From Octopus sinensis (lineage: Eukaryota), in contig NC_043009.1 of NCBI RefSeq assembly GCF_006345805.1, positions 28,582,001-28,646,000 of the forward strand: 64,000 nt of DNA. Reading direction: 5' to 3'. The notes under the pieces were generated by a model. It was given only the letters and a program-made list of their open reading frames with translations. It did no database searches and was not told the origin of the DNA. Made by a program: the position numbers and the translations under genes. Of this stretch, positions 39,392-53,042 are shown piece after piece. The first letter of the stretch is position 1; each line of letters opens with the position of its first letter.

Positions 39392-39455
39392 GTTACATAT
39401 CACATGTGATTTCGCATTTAATGCAGAATATGCATTTCATGTTCGTCAGTGCAAC
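39392..39455 (-). ncRNA. Type-I hammerhead ribozyme (minus-strand copy)
   Basis: GTTGCA-CTGACGA-ACATga AATGCA tattc TGCATT aaATGC-GAAA-TCACATGTGA-TA-TGTAAC. Confidence 0.7.
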
Positions 39456-39941
39456 AAACTCAAGAAATATAAGAAAAAACATAACATTACAAACTCGATA
39501 GCCAACCGTAGAATTCGTCGTAGCATGTACGAATGTTTATCTTTACATATCTATGAAAATGGCGGGCTTATTCGCAATGCATATCGGTAACAAATTGTCT
39601 AGTCGGAATAAAAATTCAGTATTGAACTATTCCAGTGAATATAAATGAATATTTTCAAAGAGGAAGATTTTACGGATTTTTTCTCTTACGAGGTTTTTCA
39701 CGCTGACTACTGATAATTTCTTTTAAAGATTTTATCCTCAATTGTTAATTTATATTTTTCACCGGAATAGTTCAATACTGAATTTTTATTCCGACTAGAC
39801 AATTTGTTACCGAAATGCATTGCGAATAAGCCCGCCATTTTCATAGATATGTAAAGATAAACATTCGTACATGCTACGACGAATTCTACGGTTGGCTATC
39901 GAGCTTGTAATGTTATGTTTTCTCTTATATTTCTTGAGTTT

Positions 39942-40004
39942 GTTGCACTGACGAACATGAAATGCATATTCTGCATTAATGCGAAATCACATGTGATATG
40001 TAAC
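39942..40004 (+). ncRNA. Type-I hammerhead ribozyme (plus-strand copy)
   Basis: GTTGCA-CTGACGA-ACATga AATGCA tattc TGCATT aATGC-GAAA-TCACATGTGA-TA-TGTAAC; palindromic stem III, AUA triplet, A.C at 10.1/11.1. Confidence 0.7.
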
Positions 40005-40128
40005 TGAATTCTTTTTTAAAATGATGTGTTTTGAAGTTTTGCATTCGGTAAAATTTTGTTTATTTTAGTAGTTTTGACCGCATTGGTCCCTCTTAGCGTG
40101 TTGGTATCTACGAATAGTAGTACCCTCA

Positions 40129-40193
<65 letters not shown>

Positions 40194-41172
40194 ATTTATA
40201 TATATATGTATGCATATGTTTGTGTGTCTGTGCTTGTTGCCCCACCGTCACTTGACCACCAATGTTGGTGTTTTTATGTCCCTGTAACTTAGTGGCTCAC
40301 AAAGGAGACCAATAGAATAAGTACTAGGCTTGCAAAGAATAAGTCCTGGAGTCGATTTGCTTGACTAAAGGTGGTGCTCCAGCATGGCTTCAGTCAAATG
40401 CCTGAAACAAATAAAACAGAAAATGAACATATGCATACACATACACACATATATATATATGTACACACACACATATATATATATATATATTGTGCATGCA
40501 CATACATAGGCATGAACCACATTCACTCTGATGAAAAAAGACAGAACACCTGCAAAATCTTAATCATAGAAAAATGTCCAATTTTCTTTCCATAAAATAA
40601 TTTATTTTATTCTAATCAATCGAATAAATAAATAAATAACATTAACGATTTTCATAGCTCAAATTTAATAATTCATACTACCTGCATGATTATCTTTTAG
40701 ATTTTGATTTTTCTAATTCGCTTTCTTCAGTTTTTTTTTTTTTGCTTTTTAATTTTCTTGTAATTTTGACTCAAATTTGTGCCATTCTTCATAAACAGAA
40801 ACCTATAAAGTTTCTTTGATTTTCAAATTTCTGAATTCAAAATTGATTTAATAATATTCTGAAACAGTTCCTTAAGGATTTAGAGCAGCAACTCAAAGCC
40901 CTCGAAGTCATTAAATTGGTAAAAATATTTTGTCTGTTTTGGCAGAATGCAGAGGGACACTATCTTGTTGGTATATTGTCACAAATGTCCACCGGGGTTG
41001 ACTTTGCTTTTCATGTTTTCAGGATCGATAAATTAAGTACCAGTTGTATACTGGGGTTGATCTAATCGACTGCCCCCTCCCCCAAAATTTCAGGCCTTGT
41101 ATCTAGAGCGTAAAAGGGTATATTGTCACAAATGTATAGAAGCTAGGTGATGATAAAGTTGGATTGTTAAGT

Positions 41173-41520
41173 GGTGTGGTTGAGGGGTAAGAAATTTTGC
41201 TTCGCAACAATATGGTTCCAGATTCCTTAAGCAAATCTTTTCTACGATAGCTGCAGGCTGGCCAAAGACATGTAGATGGAAACTGAAAGAAGCCTGTCAT
41301 ATATATACATACATACTTATGTCACATGATAACATGACTAACAAGACTATTGGATGGTACTACACATCACTGGTCACAATGTGGCTCAGCAAAAGAAATT
41401 GATAAAACAGATACCAGGCTTTAAAAAAGTGAATGCTGGGATTGATTTGTTCAACTCAAATGCTTCAAGGCAGTGCTCCAGCATGACCACAGTCTTATAG
41501 CAGAAACAAGTAAGAGAAAG
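41173..41520 (+). mobile_element. SINE family A-related copy, diverged
   Basis: gtagatggaaactgaaagaagcctgtc...gcagtgctccagcatg. Confidence 0.65.
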
Positions 41521-41526
41521 ACATAC

Positions 41527-41557
<31 letters not shown>

Positions 41558-41562
41558 CGTAT

Positions 41563-41950
41563 CCTATTATTTGTTTCAGTCATTTGACTGTGGCCATACT
41601 GGAGCACCACCTTTAGTCAAACAAATTGACCCCAGGACTTATTCTTTGTAAGCCTATCGCTTATTCTATTGGTCCCTTTGCCGAACCGCTAAGTTATGGG
41701 CACGTAAACACACCAACATCAGTTGTCAAGTGATGTTGGGAGGGGGAAGGGACAAACACAGACACACACACACACACACACACACATACGATGGGCTTCT
41801 TTCAGTTTCCATCTACCAAATCCACTCACAAGGCTTTGGTCGTTCCGAGGCTATAGTAGAAGACACTTGCCCAAAAATGACATACAGTGAGACTGAACCT
41901 GGAATCATGTGGTTGGGAAGCAAGCTTCTTACCACACAAGCATGCCTGCA
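41563..41950 (-). mobile_element. SINE family A, full length
   Basis: Shared family motifs. Confidence 0.85.
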
Positions 41951-42111
41951 CCTACTAATCTTATCAGTTAGGGAAGCATTTTGTGCGTATGTATGTTTGT
42001 GTGTGTGTGCATGCATGCATGTTTTTGCATGTGTGTGTGTGTGCATGAATGCCTGTATTTGCATATGCATATATATATATATAAATATATATAAATATAT
42101 ATATATATATA

Positions 42112-42143
<32 letters not shown>

Positions 42144-42176
42144 TATATAAAAACACACACACACACACACGCACAC

Positions 42177-42213
<37 letters not shown>

Positions 42214-42599
42214 CACAAACACACATACAAAATGCTTCCCTAACTGATAAGATGGAGACAAACGACTTCATTTGGTTGGAGTCAAAAGAAATTTCCTTTC
42301 TTCACAGTTTTGTTGTAATTTTCTATTTTGATTGCTGGGTGTGTCCCTGTTTTTGTCAGGAAATGTCTGGCTAATTGTCTGGCGCTGGGAAAGGATTGAA
42401 GAACCATTACCGAGATGATGGAAGGAGATATCTTTGGAATTGTTGCTATTGTCTTTTTTTTTTTTGTTGTACTTGTATGTTTATTGCAAGACATCTAAGT
42501 GTGTTGTAATTGTTTTCTGTTCCGCGAGTGAGTGTGTATATGTGTGAGGTGGGTGTCTGTATACAAGAGTACGTACATATGTACGTACATAAATACGTA

Positions 42600-42631
42600 C
42601 ATACATAATATATATACATATATATTTATAT

Positions 42632-42663
<32 letters not shown>

Positions 42664-42998
42664 TATATATATAGATACATACACACATATATATATAGAT
42701 ACATACTCATATATATATGCATACATATATATATATATATATATCTTATAATATATATTACATATATATATATGTATATATATGTAGATAGATTCACACA
42801 CGTATGTTCCATGTACATGTGTGTTTGGATAAGTAGATTTTTAAAGTCCATTTTATTTTCTATGTAATATAGGTATGCATATATATGTATATGTATGTAT
42901 ATATATATATATATATTATATATATATATATTATATATATATATGTTATTTATAGATATATGTACATATACATATTTATATGTATAAGCGTAGTGATG

Positions 42999-43052
<54 letters not shown>

Positions 43053-43087
43053 CATACATACATATATATATACATATATATTTATAT

Positions 43088-43119
<32 letters not shown>

Positions 43120-43182
43120 TATATATATAGATACATACACATTATATATAGATACATACTCATATATATATAGATGCATACA

Positions 43183-43214
<32 letters not shown>

Positions 43215-43356
43215 TATACATATATATATATGTATATATATGTAGATAGATTCACACACGTATGTTCCATGTACATGTGTGTTTGGATAAGTAGATTTTT
43301 AAAGTCCATTTTATTTTCTATGTAAATATAGGTATGCATATATATGTATATGTATG

Positions 43357-43402
<46 letters not shown>

Positions 43403-43457
43403 ATATATTTATAGATATATGTACATATACATATTTATATGTATAAACGTATGAGTG

Positions 43458-43495
<38 letters not shown>

Positions 43496-43500
43496 CATAT
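42600..43500. repeat. ~458-bp tandem duplication in TA-rich DNA
   Basis: gtagatagattcacacacgtatgttcc...aagtccattttattttc at about 42784 and 43242. Confidence 0.8.
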
Positions 43501-43669
43501 ATAATATATACATACATAACATATATATATATATAATATATATATATATTTTTATATGTTTATATATAGATATATAGATATATAGATAGATAGATAGATA
43601 TATAAATACATATATATATACTTCTGTGAATGTACATGCCATGTATGCCTATATACATGCATATATATA

Positions 43670-43700
<31 letters not shown>

Positions 43701-43963
43701 ATATTATCTGATGATGACGATATATATAATGTATGTATGTATGTATATACGTAAATGTAGTTAAGTGTGTGTGCATGAATGTGCAGTTTAATGACTGCGT
43801 AAAGAAGGTGAGATGAGGTGGGAAGGTAATATTTATGTCTGAGACATTCTGGAACCTACAAGTATATATACAACTGGAAGAAATTAATCTGAAGAAGAGG
43901 AAATTCAGTGCTCTTGTATTATTATCATTATTATTTTTATTACTATTATCATCATTATCATCA

Positions 43964-44024
<61 letters not shown>

Positions 44025-44744
44025 ATTATTATTATTATCATTATTACCAGAGAAATATAAATATACTAAAGTATATATGAAGAAGCAGGCGCAGAAAAAA
44101 ATTGGAATCTGTTAACAAAATAGGTTGGTAATATCTGTTAGAAATTTTTTTCTTTTTAATCTAAATTTATTTGTAAAAAATGGACTCGTTAATAAAAATA
44201 TGTTAAAATTTTTTTATCAAACTGTTAACATAATTGTTATTTTCAGAGAATGAAATAAAAACACTTTTAAATAGTTTGTTGTAGTTGTTGTTGCTGCTGC
44301 TGCTGTTGTTGTTGTTGGTGGTGGTGGTGGTGGTGGCTGCTGCTGCTTCTACTGTTGTTGTTGCTGCTACCGTTTTTCTTTCTACTGTTTTTTGTTGACT
44401 TGTTGTTGCTGTTTCTTTTTTTTTTATTTTGTTTAGCCACAGGTTGGTCCTGATTGGCCTGATAAATGGAAAAATATATTCCAACAGCAATGATGATCCT
44501 TTCTCTTTCCCCACGCGTAGTTGACCCAGAAGAAGGGATTTTTTAAAAAACAAACTTGGCTTAACCATTACATTATCTTAAAGCCCAAAGAGATAAGATA
44601 AGTGTTTGTAAATATGTGATGGACCCTTATTTCCAACAAAATAACACTATATCCCTTTCGAATTTTATAAGGAGATCCCTACCCTGGGTCCTAAGATCGT
44701 TCTTGTTTTGCCTGTCAACATTTCTCTTGGAGAACCAGTCAAGG

Positions 44745-45180
44745 TCTATGTAAACCTCCTCAAGGAATGTGAAGACGCAGGCTGGAAAGTGGAGCATTTT
44801 TCCAATCGAAGTTGGATGTAAAGGGTTTGTTGGACACAATGTGAGACGACTGTTGTTATTGTTAGGCATAACTCATCGTAAAGTAAATACCACCATGACC
44901 GATATCCAAACTACAACGGAAAAGGCTGGCCACTTGATTTGGTTAAAAAGAGACAATGAGCGATGGCTAGAGAAATATTGAGCTATATTTAATAACCAGT
45001 TGATCTAGCCAGCAGAACCTCACATCAGTGATGGGGTGGCGGTGTGCATTGTTGCCAACGAGAGGTAGGCCCCAAAATGGCATGCATTCTCTCCTGATGA
45101 CCCCATACACTTGCTGGCTTCCAGTGTATGCGGAGCTTTTGACTGGTAGCACTTGCATGTGCAAGTTGTTTGCAAAACAT
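44745..45180 (+). mobile_element. 3' end of an RLE non-LTR retrotransposon (HERO-like)
   Basis: ECEDAGWK / FPIEVGCKGFVG...TEKAGHLIWLKRD resembles the PVEVGCRGF...AEKAS.W.W..R RLE C-terminus. Confidence 0.65.
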
Positions 45181-45524
45181 GAGAGAATAGGCTGCGATTT
45201 GAGGTCGAGTTCACTGCTATTTTGAGGGACTGTGTAGGGCGTTTTGTTGGTTGTTTTGCTTGAAAATCTTTAATCTTCATTGGGTATCAACTGCTAGTGT
45301 TTATGCCTTTAGCATTGAGATTACTATCAAACTTAATACTTATTTATGCCTGTTGTTTTGAATTAATCATGCATTATCTTGTAACCTTGAAATTTTGATG
45401 ATGTGACTGTTTATTTTCAGAATGACATTGTAAGGTATGTGTAAAAGCCAAGATCTGCCTGGTTTCAACATAAAACAAGCAGAATATTTGGGCTGGATAT
45501 GAATGATTTAAATGCCGAATACAG

Positions 45525-45790
45525 AAGTCCATCCCACTCAAATGGTCCCTCAATAAGGGTTGTTTAAAGATGTTGATAAAAACACCCGTGTTTCCAGAGG
45601 TGAATTATCCAAACCCCAAATAATTCTTCTCAATGCATGGTTACATTGGGCCCCACTATTTCTGCTCGTGATCAGATGCACATTTCGCCAGCCACTAAGG
45701 GACATGCTCAACTAGTTAAGGTCAAACAACTGACAAGCGAAGCTGTGGTGTTGAGCAGAATATTCACTGTAGCCCATCTTTTACACGTAG
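45525..45790 (+). mobile_element. Unclassified interspersed repeat (probable LINE 3' end)
   Basis: ttctgctcgtgatcaga...gccactaagggacatgctcaact...gtggtgttgagcagaatatt recurs at about 53135-53257. Confidence 0.55.
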
Positions 45791-45814
45791 TGATGTTTCC
45801 CTGCTACTTCTTTA

Positions 45815-45852
45815 TCATCATCATCATCATCATCATCGTTGTTGTCATCATT

Positions 45853-45886
<34 letters not shown>

Positions 45887-46054
45887 CCATCGTCATCATC
45901 ATCATCGTCATTGTCGTCGTCACATCATCATCGTCGTCATCGTCATCATCATCGGCGGCAGCGGCATCATCGTCATCATCGTCGTCATCATTGTCATCAT
46001 CATCATCGTCGTCGTCATCATCATCATCATCATCATTATTACTATTACTATTAC

Positions 46055-46096
<42 letters not shown>

Positions 46097-46170
46097 CATT
46101 ATTATCATTATTATTACTGTTATTATTATTACTATTATTATTATTACTATTATTATTATTATCATTACTA

Positions 46171-46232
<62 letters not shown>
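45815..46232. repeat. (CAT)n followed by (TTA)n microsatellite
   Basis: Direct. Confidence 0.95.
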
Positions 46233-48081
46233 ATTTTATAGTGACTGCTTTATATCATTGGTAAGTTCTTGGCATTTGTATTTAATTGGATTCTTTGATA
46301 AACCCCGATTGCCTGAGGCCATCACATGCAGCAACTGGCATCTTTTGTCATTCCTTGTTATCTTCAATATAACAGCTCATTACAACTGTAACAGTTAAGA
46401 TCAGGAATATAATGAGATGGGATCATGATTGTTATGAGGATGATGATGATGATGATGATGATAAGGATCATGATGATGACTATGATGATGATGGTGGTGA
46501 TGATGATTACGATGATAGAGATGGTAGCTATGATGATGGTGATGATGATGATGAAGGTGATGAAGATCATGATGAGAAGGATTTGAACTCAAATCATCGT
46601 TGTCACAGTTGTTGTCATCATCATAATCCCCATCACCATCATCATTGATATCATGGTTACCAATGTCAGTACCAGCACTACTGCATCTCCCTTCAACACC
46701 ACCACCTCAACCATCACCTCCACCTATAACAGAAAATTATGTCACCTAGGTAAGAGAATATCTGTATGTATATGTGATTGACAACAGGAAGGGCATCTGG
46801 CCATAGAAAATTCCCTGGAGCAAATTCCTTCCAACCCATGCTAGCATGGAAAAACAGATTGTAAAACGATGAGGATAATGATTGTGTAGGTGGCCAGTAT
46901 ATAGAGTAATATTACAAACTTATTTTACCTTTCTGCTACTGCTCCTGCAACTGATTGTGGTACCATAACCAATTAAATATACATTTGCTTGAAATATACT
47001 GGAAGTAATTCAACAGACTTTACAACATTTCCTCCCCGAAATGTTGCTTTCGTGTAGTCTAGGCAGTAGAAATTATTAGAGATTTACACTGCATTCATTT
47101 AATTTATGTATTATTTTTATAATTTTTTTCCCCTTTCTCTGTCCTGTTGTTTTTCTACAGCTGTGTTTACATTCAGTCTGTAAGGGAGACTTTAGTTTAG
47201 TCGGAATTGAAATTAGAAAAAAACAAACTCAAGACTCTACCCATAATATAATTTGTTATCTTTTCTTTCTGTCTAAACATTCATTCAGCCCCGTTTTAAT
47301 TAAGAGTTACCTTCAATACAGGACACATCCCCATTCACTTATGAAACATAACACAACAAGTGCTTGTGGAATTTATTTACACTCCTACAGAAACTAGTTG
47401 GACTATTTAACTTCACTGTGTTTTTGTCGTGTTTACTTTAGTTTATATTCTTGTTATCATATTTGATTCTCTCCCATTGTTGTTGTGGCTGTTGTTGCAT
47501 ATTCGGCAGTCAGCACTGACTAACAAATCTACAATGCAGACATAGAGAACAGGCCCTCGAGATGCTAGGGGGAAGAAATTCAGGGGCCTTCCAAGTATAT
47601 TTCATTTTAAATTATTTCACTGGGAGTAAAATCTATTGATAAAATGTTTCTTACAATTTGTTACGATGTTTGCTTAGCCACCGTATGGTTTGGGTTCAGT
47701 CTCACTGTAAGGTACCATGTCCAAGCATCTTCTACTGTAGCACTGGTCCAACCAATTTTTTCTGAGTGAAGAAAACAGTGTGAAAGCCTTTTTATATATA
47801 TGTGTATGTGTGTGCATACATATATTTATATATATTGTACATAGGTGCAGGAGTAGCTGTGTGTAGGAAGCTTGCTTCTGAACTACATGGTTCTGGGTTC
47901 AGTCCCACCACATGGCAAGTGTCTTCTACTATAGCCTCAGGCTGACCAAAGCCTTGTGAGTGGATTTAGTAGATGGAAATTGAAAGAAGCCTGTCATATG
48001 CATATATTAGTGGTAAGAGCAAAGGGGTTGACTTCTAGCATAAGGTATGTCCACTTAGTGGTCATCCCTCTTATATGTATG

Positions 48082-48126
<45 letters not shown>

Positions 48127-48211
48127 GTATATATATGTATATAAAGTAAATTGATACAAAAAACCTGAAGTGCATTTGGTTTCTGGTTTTATGAACTGAA
48201 TAGTGGGTTCA

Positions 48212-48311
48212 NNNNNNNNNNNNNNNNNNNNNNNNNNNNNNNNNNNNNNNNNNNNNNNNNNNNNNNNNNNNNNNNNNNNNNNNNNNNNNNNNNNNNNNNN
48301 NNNNNNNNNNN
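48212..48311. other. Assembly gap (100 N)
   Basis: Run of N. Confidence 1.
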
Positions 48312-49045
48312 CATCCTTGACAGAGATGGGCCTCAAAACTGTCATCCCTCACCCTCCCTACAGTCCAGACCTTGCTCCCTGTGATGTCTGGTTGTTCCTG
48401 AAGCTGAAGGGAAAACTCAGGGGCAATCGTTTTGAAGACATTGAGAAGTTGGAGGTTGTGACAAGGGTCCTACTCTTTTACTCTTTTACTTATTTCAGTC
48501 ATGTGACTGTGGCCATCCTGGAGCACGGCCTTTAGTCAAGCAAATCGACCCCAGGACTTATCCTTTGTAAGCCTAGTACTTATTCTATTGCTCTCTTTTG
48601 CCAAACCGCTAAGTTACGGGGACGTAAACACACCAGCATCGGTTGTCAAGCGATACTGGGGGGACAAACACAGACACACAAACACATACACACATATACA
48701 CATATATATGCATATATACGACGGGCTTCTTTCAGCTCCCATTTACTAAATCAACTCACAAAGCTTTGGTCAGCCCGAGGCTATAGTAGAAGACACTTGC
48801 CAAGGTGTCATGCAGTGGGACTGAACCCGGAATAGTGTGGTTCATAAGCAAGCTACTTACCACACACTTACCACACAGCCACTCCAGAAGACTTTGATGG
48901 GGCCTTCACAAAGTGGAGGGAGCATTGTAACAAGTGCATTAAAATTACAGGATCCTACTTTAAAGGAGATTAGAGATTCGTATGTGTTTGAAATTAATAA
49001 ATGTCTCTTATGAAAAAAAGTCTCAAAACTTCTGGAATATTGCAT
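48312..49045 (+). mobile_element. Mariner transposase 3' fragment, interrupted by SINE A (48470-48884)
   Basis: PHPPYSPDLAPCDVWLFLKLKGKLRGNRFEDI before the SINE; TPEDFDGAFTKWREHCNKCIKITGSYFKGD* after it. Confidence 0.85.
48470..48884 (-). mobile_element. SINE family A, full length, well preserved
   Basis: Retains CpGs; full family motif set. Confidence 0.9.
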
Positions 49046-49409
49046 ATACCTATGTGTCTTGTATTAACATATAATTACGCCTATCAGTGTGTGTGTGTGT
49101 ATGTGTATGTGAGAGATGGGGGGAGAGAGAGTGGTAAGAGATAGGAAGGTGGGTCAGTGACAGTAATTAAGAATTGTTCTTGGAGATGATAAGGAAGTAG
49201 GAAGTGAAGGTATTCAAGAAAAAGAAAAAGCAAGACAGCTGAAGTTTATTAAATTACTTAATAACACTTCACTGCATCCTGTGGAATCTTCTCAACTGCC
49301 ATCAAGGCTGGCTCATCTCTAAAGGAAATGGTAACAGCCTACTGATAATGGCGGCAGAGATGGTAGTGGTGGTGATGGCTGTGGTGGTGGGGTGGGGGGG
49401 TGAAAGAAG

Positions 49410-49500
49410 GAGAAGAGAAGAAGAAGAAGAAGAAGAAGAAGAAGAGAGATAATAAGAATAATATTAATAATAATATAATAATAATAATAATATAATAATA

Positions 49501-49536
<36 letters not shown>

Positions 49537-49564
49537 GAAGAGAAGAGAAGAAGAAGAAGGAGAA

Positions 49565-49596
<32 letters not shown>

Positions 49597-49610
49597 TAAT
49601 AATAATAATA

Positions 49611-49660
<50 letters not shown>

Positions 49661-49685
49661 TTAGAAGAAGAAGAAGAAGAAGACA
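49410..49685. repeat. (GAA)n/(TAA)n microsatellite
   Basis: Direct. Confidence 0.9.
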
Positions 49686-50159
49686 ACTGAATTAATCATC
49701 AGACAATTCTATAACTCCTGAAACTATTAAATCTCCCTTTACTTTAAAATTTTTCTCCCTAAATATGTATATTAATATGTGTATGTGTGCATGTGTGTAT
49801 GCACACACATACACACACACACACACATACATACACATATATACATAGATATACACAGTGGTATATCTCTGTCATAAGAAGTTTGCTTGCCAACCACATG
49901 GTTCCAGGTTCTGTCCCACTGCATGGCGGGTTGGGTAAGGGTTTCTTACTATAGCCCCAGGCTGACCAAAACCTTGAGAGTGGGCTTCATAGATGAAAAT
50001 TGAAAGAAGCCCTTGATGGATTAACGCACACATACACACACACACATATATGTATGTATGTATATATATATATATACATATATACACACACACACATACA
50101 TACATGCACAGACACACGCACACATACACATATACATACATATAAACACATACATATAT

Positions 50160-50406
50160 GTATTCTTTTATTCTTTTACTTGTTTGTCATTTGACTGCAG
50201 CCATGCTGGAGCATCGGCTTTAGTTGAGCAAATCAATCCCAGGACTTATTCCTTGTAAGCCTAGTACTTATTCTATTGGCCTTTTTTGCTGAACTGCTAA
50301 GTTACGGGGATATAAACACACCAGCATCGGTTGTCAAGTGATGTTGGGGGGGGGGGGGACAAACACACACACACACACATGCATATACATACATATATAT
50401 ATATAA

Positions 50407-50440
<34 letters not shown>

Positions 50441-50613
50441 GTACACATATACATATATATATATACACATGTACACACGATGGGATTCTTTCAGTTTCCA
50501 TCTACCAAATCCACTCACAAGGCTTCGGTCAGCCCAAGGCTATAGTAGAAGACACTTGCCCAAGGTGCCATGCAGTGGGGCTGAACCCAGAACCATGTGG
50601 TTAGTAAGCAAGC
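50160..50613 (-). mobile_element. SINE family A
   Basis: Shared family motifs. Confidence 0.85.
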
Positions 50614-50616
50614 TAG

Positions 50617-50938
50617 TTTGGGCCTCACAGAGACAATGACCAAATCTTTTTGGCATTCTGCTGTGCTTGAGAAGAAGACCCATCAAGCCAAGTAAGACTG
50701 CAGTCATGACAGATAGCAGTGTCAAGCAAATGGCACCCATGCTGGTGGCACATAAAAGTACCCATTATACTCTCAGAGTGGTTGGCATTAGGAAGGGCAT
50801 CCAGACATAGAAACCATGCCAAATCAGACTGGAGTCTGGTGCAGCCTTCCAGCTTGCTAGCCCTGGTCAAACCGTCCAACCCATGCCAGCATGGGCAATG
50901 GATGTTAAATGATGATGATTATGATCATGATGATGACA
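50617..50938 (+). mobile_element. 5'-truncated RTE LINE related to 15719-20381
   Basis: LGLTETMT...WHSAVLEKKTHQAK* homologous to LGLTEEMT...WKYSVREKTRQDK*; same 3' end and (GAT)n. Confidence 0.8.
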
Positions 50939-50958
50939 ATATATATATATATATGAAT

Positions 50959-51161
<203 letters not shown>

Positions 51162-51699
51162 TATGTTTGTATATAAGTATATGTATGTGTGTATCTGAGC
51201 ATTTGTGTCTCCTTGTCTAGACATCACATGATAGTCGTAAATGAGTGTCAGTGTCATACAAGCAGAGTCACTCATTTCCAATACATAGAAAAAGGACATA
51301 TCTGACAATGTGGACCTTGCTTCAGAACAGATACCTTTTGGCAACAACAGGAAGGGTCATCTGGCCATAGAAACTGTGTTCCAATGAACACAGTCAAGAT
51401 CAGGCAAATATGGGAATGTGGACATTATTGATGATGATGATGATGATGATGATGACATAAATGTTGATGATGATGATGATGATGATAATGATGACGACGA
51501 CGACGATGACATAAATATTGATGATGATACTTTATATAAATAATTTTAGTGAAATACGATGTTTTTATAGTTGTTTTGTGACTGTTAGAAAAATTTCCAG
51601 TGTTTAAAACTGGTCCATTCTTCAGGGAGAGTGAAAGGAGAAGCATTTCTTTGTCTTAAAACCATAATAACATCAAAATGCCGGAAATTTTCATTAAAT

Positions 51700-52068
51700 T
51701 CTTTTACTGTTTTACTCGTTCAGTCATTTGACTGTGGCCATGCTGGAGCACCGCTTTTTTTAGTCGAGCAAATTGACCCCAGGACTTATTCTTTATAAGC
51801 CTACTACTTATTCTATTGGTCTTTTTTGCCGAACTGCTAAGTTACAGGACATAAACACACCAGCATCAGTTACAAATACAGACACACATACATATGCATA
51901 TATACGATGGGCTTCTTTCTGTTTCCGTCTACCAAATCAACTCACAAAGCTTTGGTCGGCCCGAGGCTATAGTAGAAGACACTTGCCCAAGGTGCCATGC
52001 AGTGGGACTGAACCCGGAACCATGTGTTCATAAGCAAGCTACTTACCACACATCCACTCCTGTGCCTG
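51700..52068 (-). mobile_element. SINE family A
   Basis: Shared family motifs. Confidence 0.85.
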
Positions 52069-52574
52069 TAAGGAATTTATTAATTGTAAATCAAGAAAAA
52101 GAATTGGCTGGGGAGTGAAAATTGAGAGAGTTTTTGGAGAGAGGATGGACCTGTTTGTGGATGGTGAAGAACAAGTAACAAGGGTATTGTTCTTGGTCAG
52201 TATAAGATTGTGAGGTGGTCGTGGTGGTGGTAGTGGTGGGTGAATTTCGTTGGGCAATTGAAGGTCAAAGACCAATAGACAGGTTGTCAATAATAATATT
52301 GTGAGTCGTGTCTGAAATCAGGTATTTGTAGCAGTAGTTGAAGTCAGCTTGCTGTCTTATGAATTGTCAAATAGAAGCATGCACGCAACACATAAATTGT
52401 GCCATGCACACACACACTCACACACACACACATATCTCTATCTTTATATATATATATATATACATACATACGTACGTACATACATACATACATACATACG
52501 TACATACATACATACATACATACATACATACATACATACATACATACATACATACATACATACATACATACATA

Positions 52575-53042
52575 CAGGATGTGGTGAATTTATTTTGTCA
52601 TCTAAATTGCACAGAAATGAAAATAACTGACATCTCATTTTAACAGATATATTTACCAAAATTACATAAAAATATCTTGAAATACTAAAGAGTAAATTTA
52701 TTTAATAAAATCGCTATTGGCTTCAACCGTGACCTCCAGATGACTTCAGAATCTCCTGCAACTCTTCTGGATGTTCTCTTTGAATATGTTGGTGAATGCT
52801 GTCATAATCTTTGACTTCAGTTCATCTTTGGTGTCATAAGGAGTGTTGTTGGTCTGTTGCTCAACTGTGCTCCACACACAATAATCAAGGGGGTTATAGT
52901 CTGGGAAGTTAGGTAGCCAGATGTTAGGGGTGATGTGGTCACAGAAATTGTCTGACAGTAATGACTGGGTTCTCCTGCTTGTGTGGCATGGTGCAGAATC
53001 CTGTTATTAGACATAGGGTGTTCCAGCAGCCACTCTCTTGAC
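52575..53042 (-). mobile_element. Tc1/mariner DD37D (maT-like) transposase 3' fragment with terminal repeat
   Basis: QDSAPCHTSRRTQ...IWLPNFPDYNP(L)DYCVWS...EANSDFIK*; 37 residues between the 2nd and 3rd Asp after correcting a 1-nt deletion; ends in TA. Confidence 0.8.

Larger units (their letters stand above)
39153..40135. mobile_element. A-B-rc(A)-rc(B) inverted structure, Penelope-like/retrozyme-like
   Basis: A 39153-39263 = rc of 39638-39748; B 39261-39639 = rc of 39758-40135 with few differences. Confidence 0.85.
38966..40425 (+). mobile_element. SINE family A split at its internal (TA)n by a ~1-kb insert
   Basis: 5' half 38966-39125, 3' half about 40200-40425. Confidence 0.8.

Noticed and set aside
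45020-45110. CTGATGA and complementary blocks in the HERO-like 3' UTR
   Set aside because: No GAAA in the right position and no consistent three-way junction.
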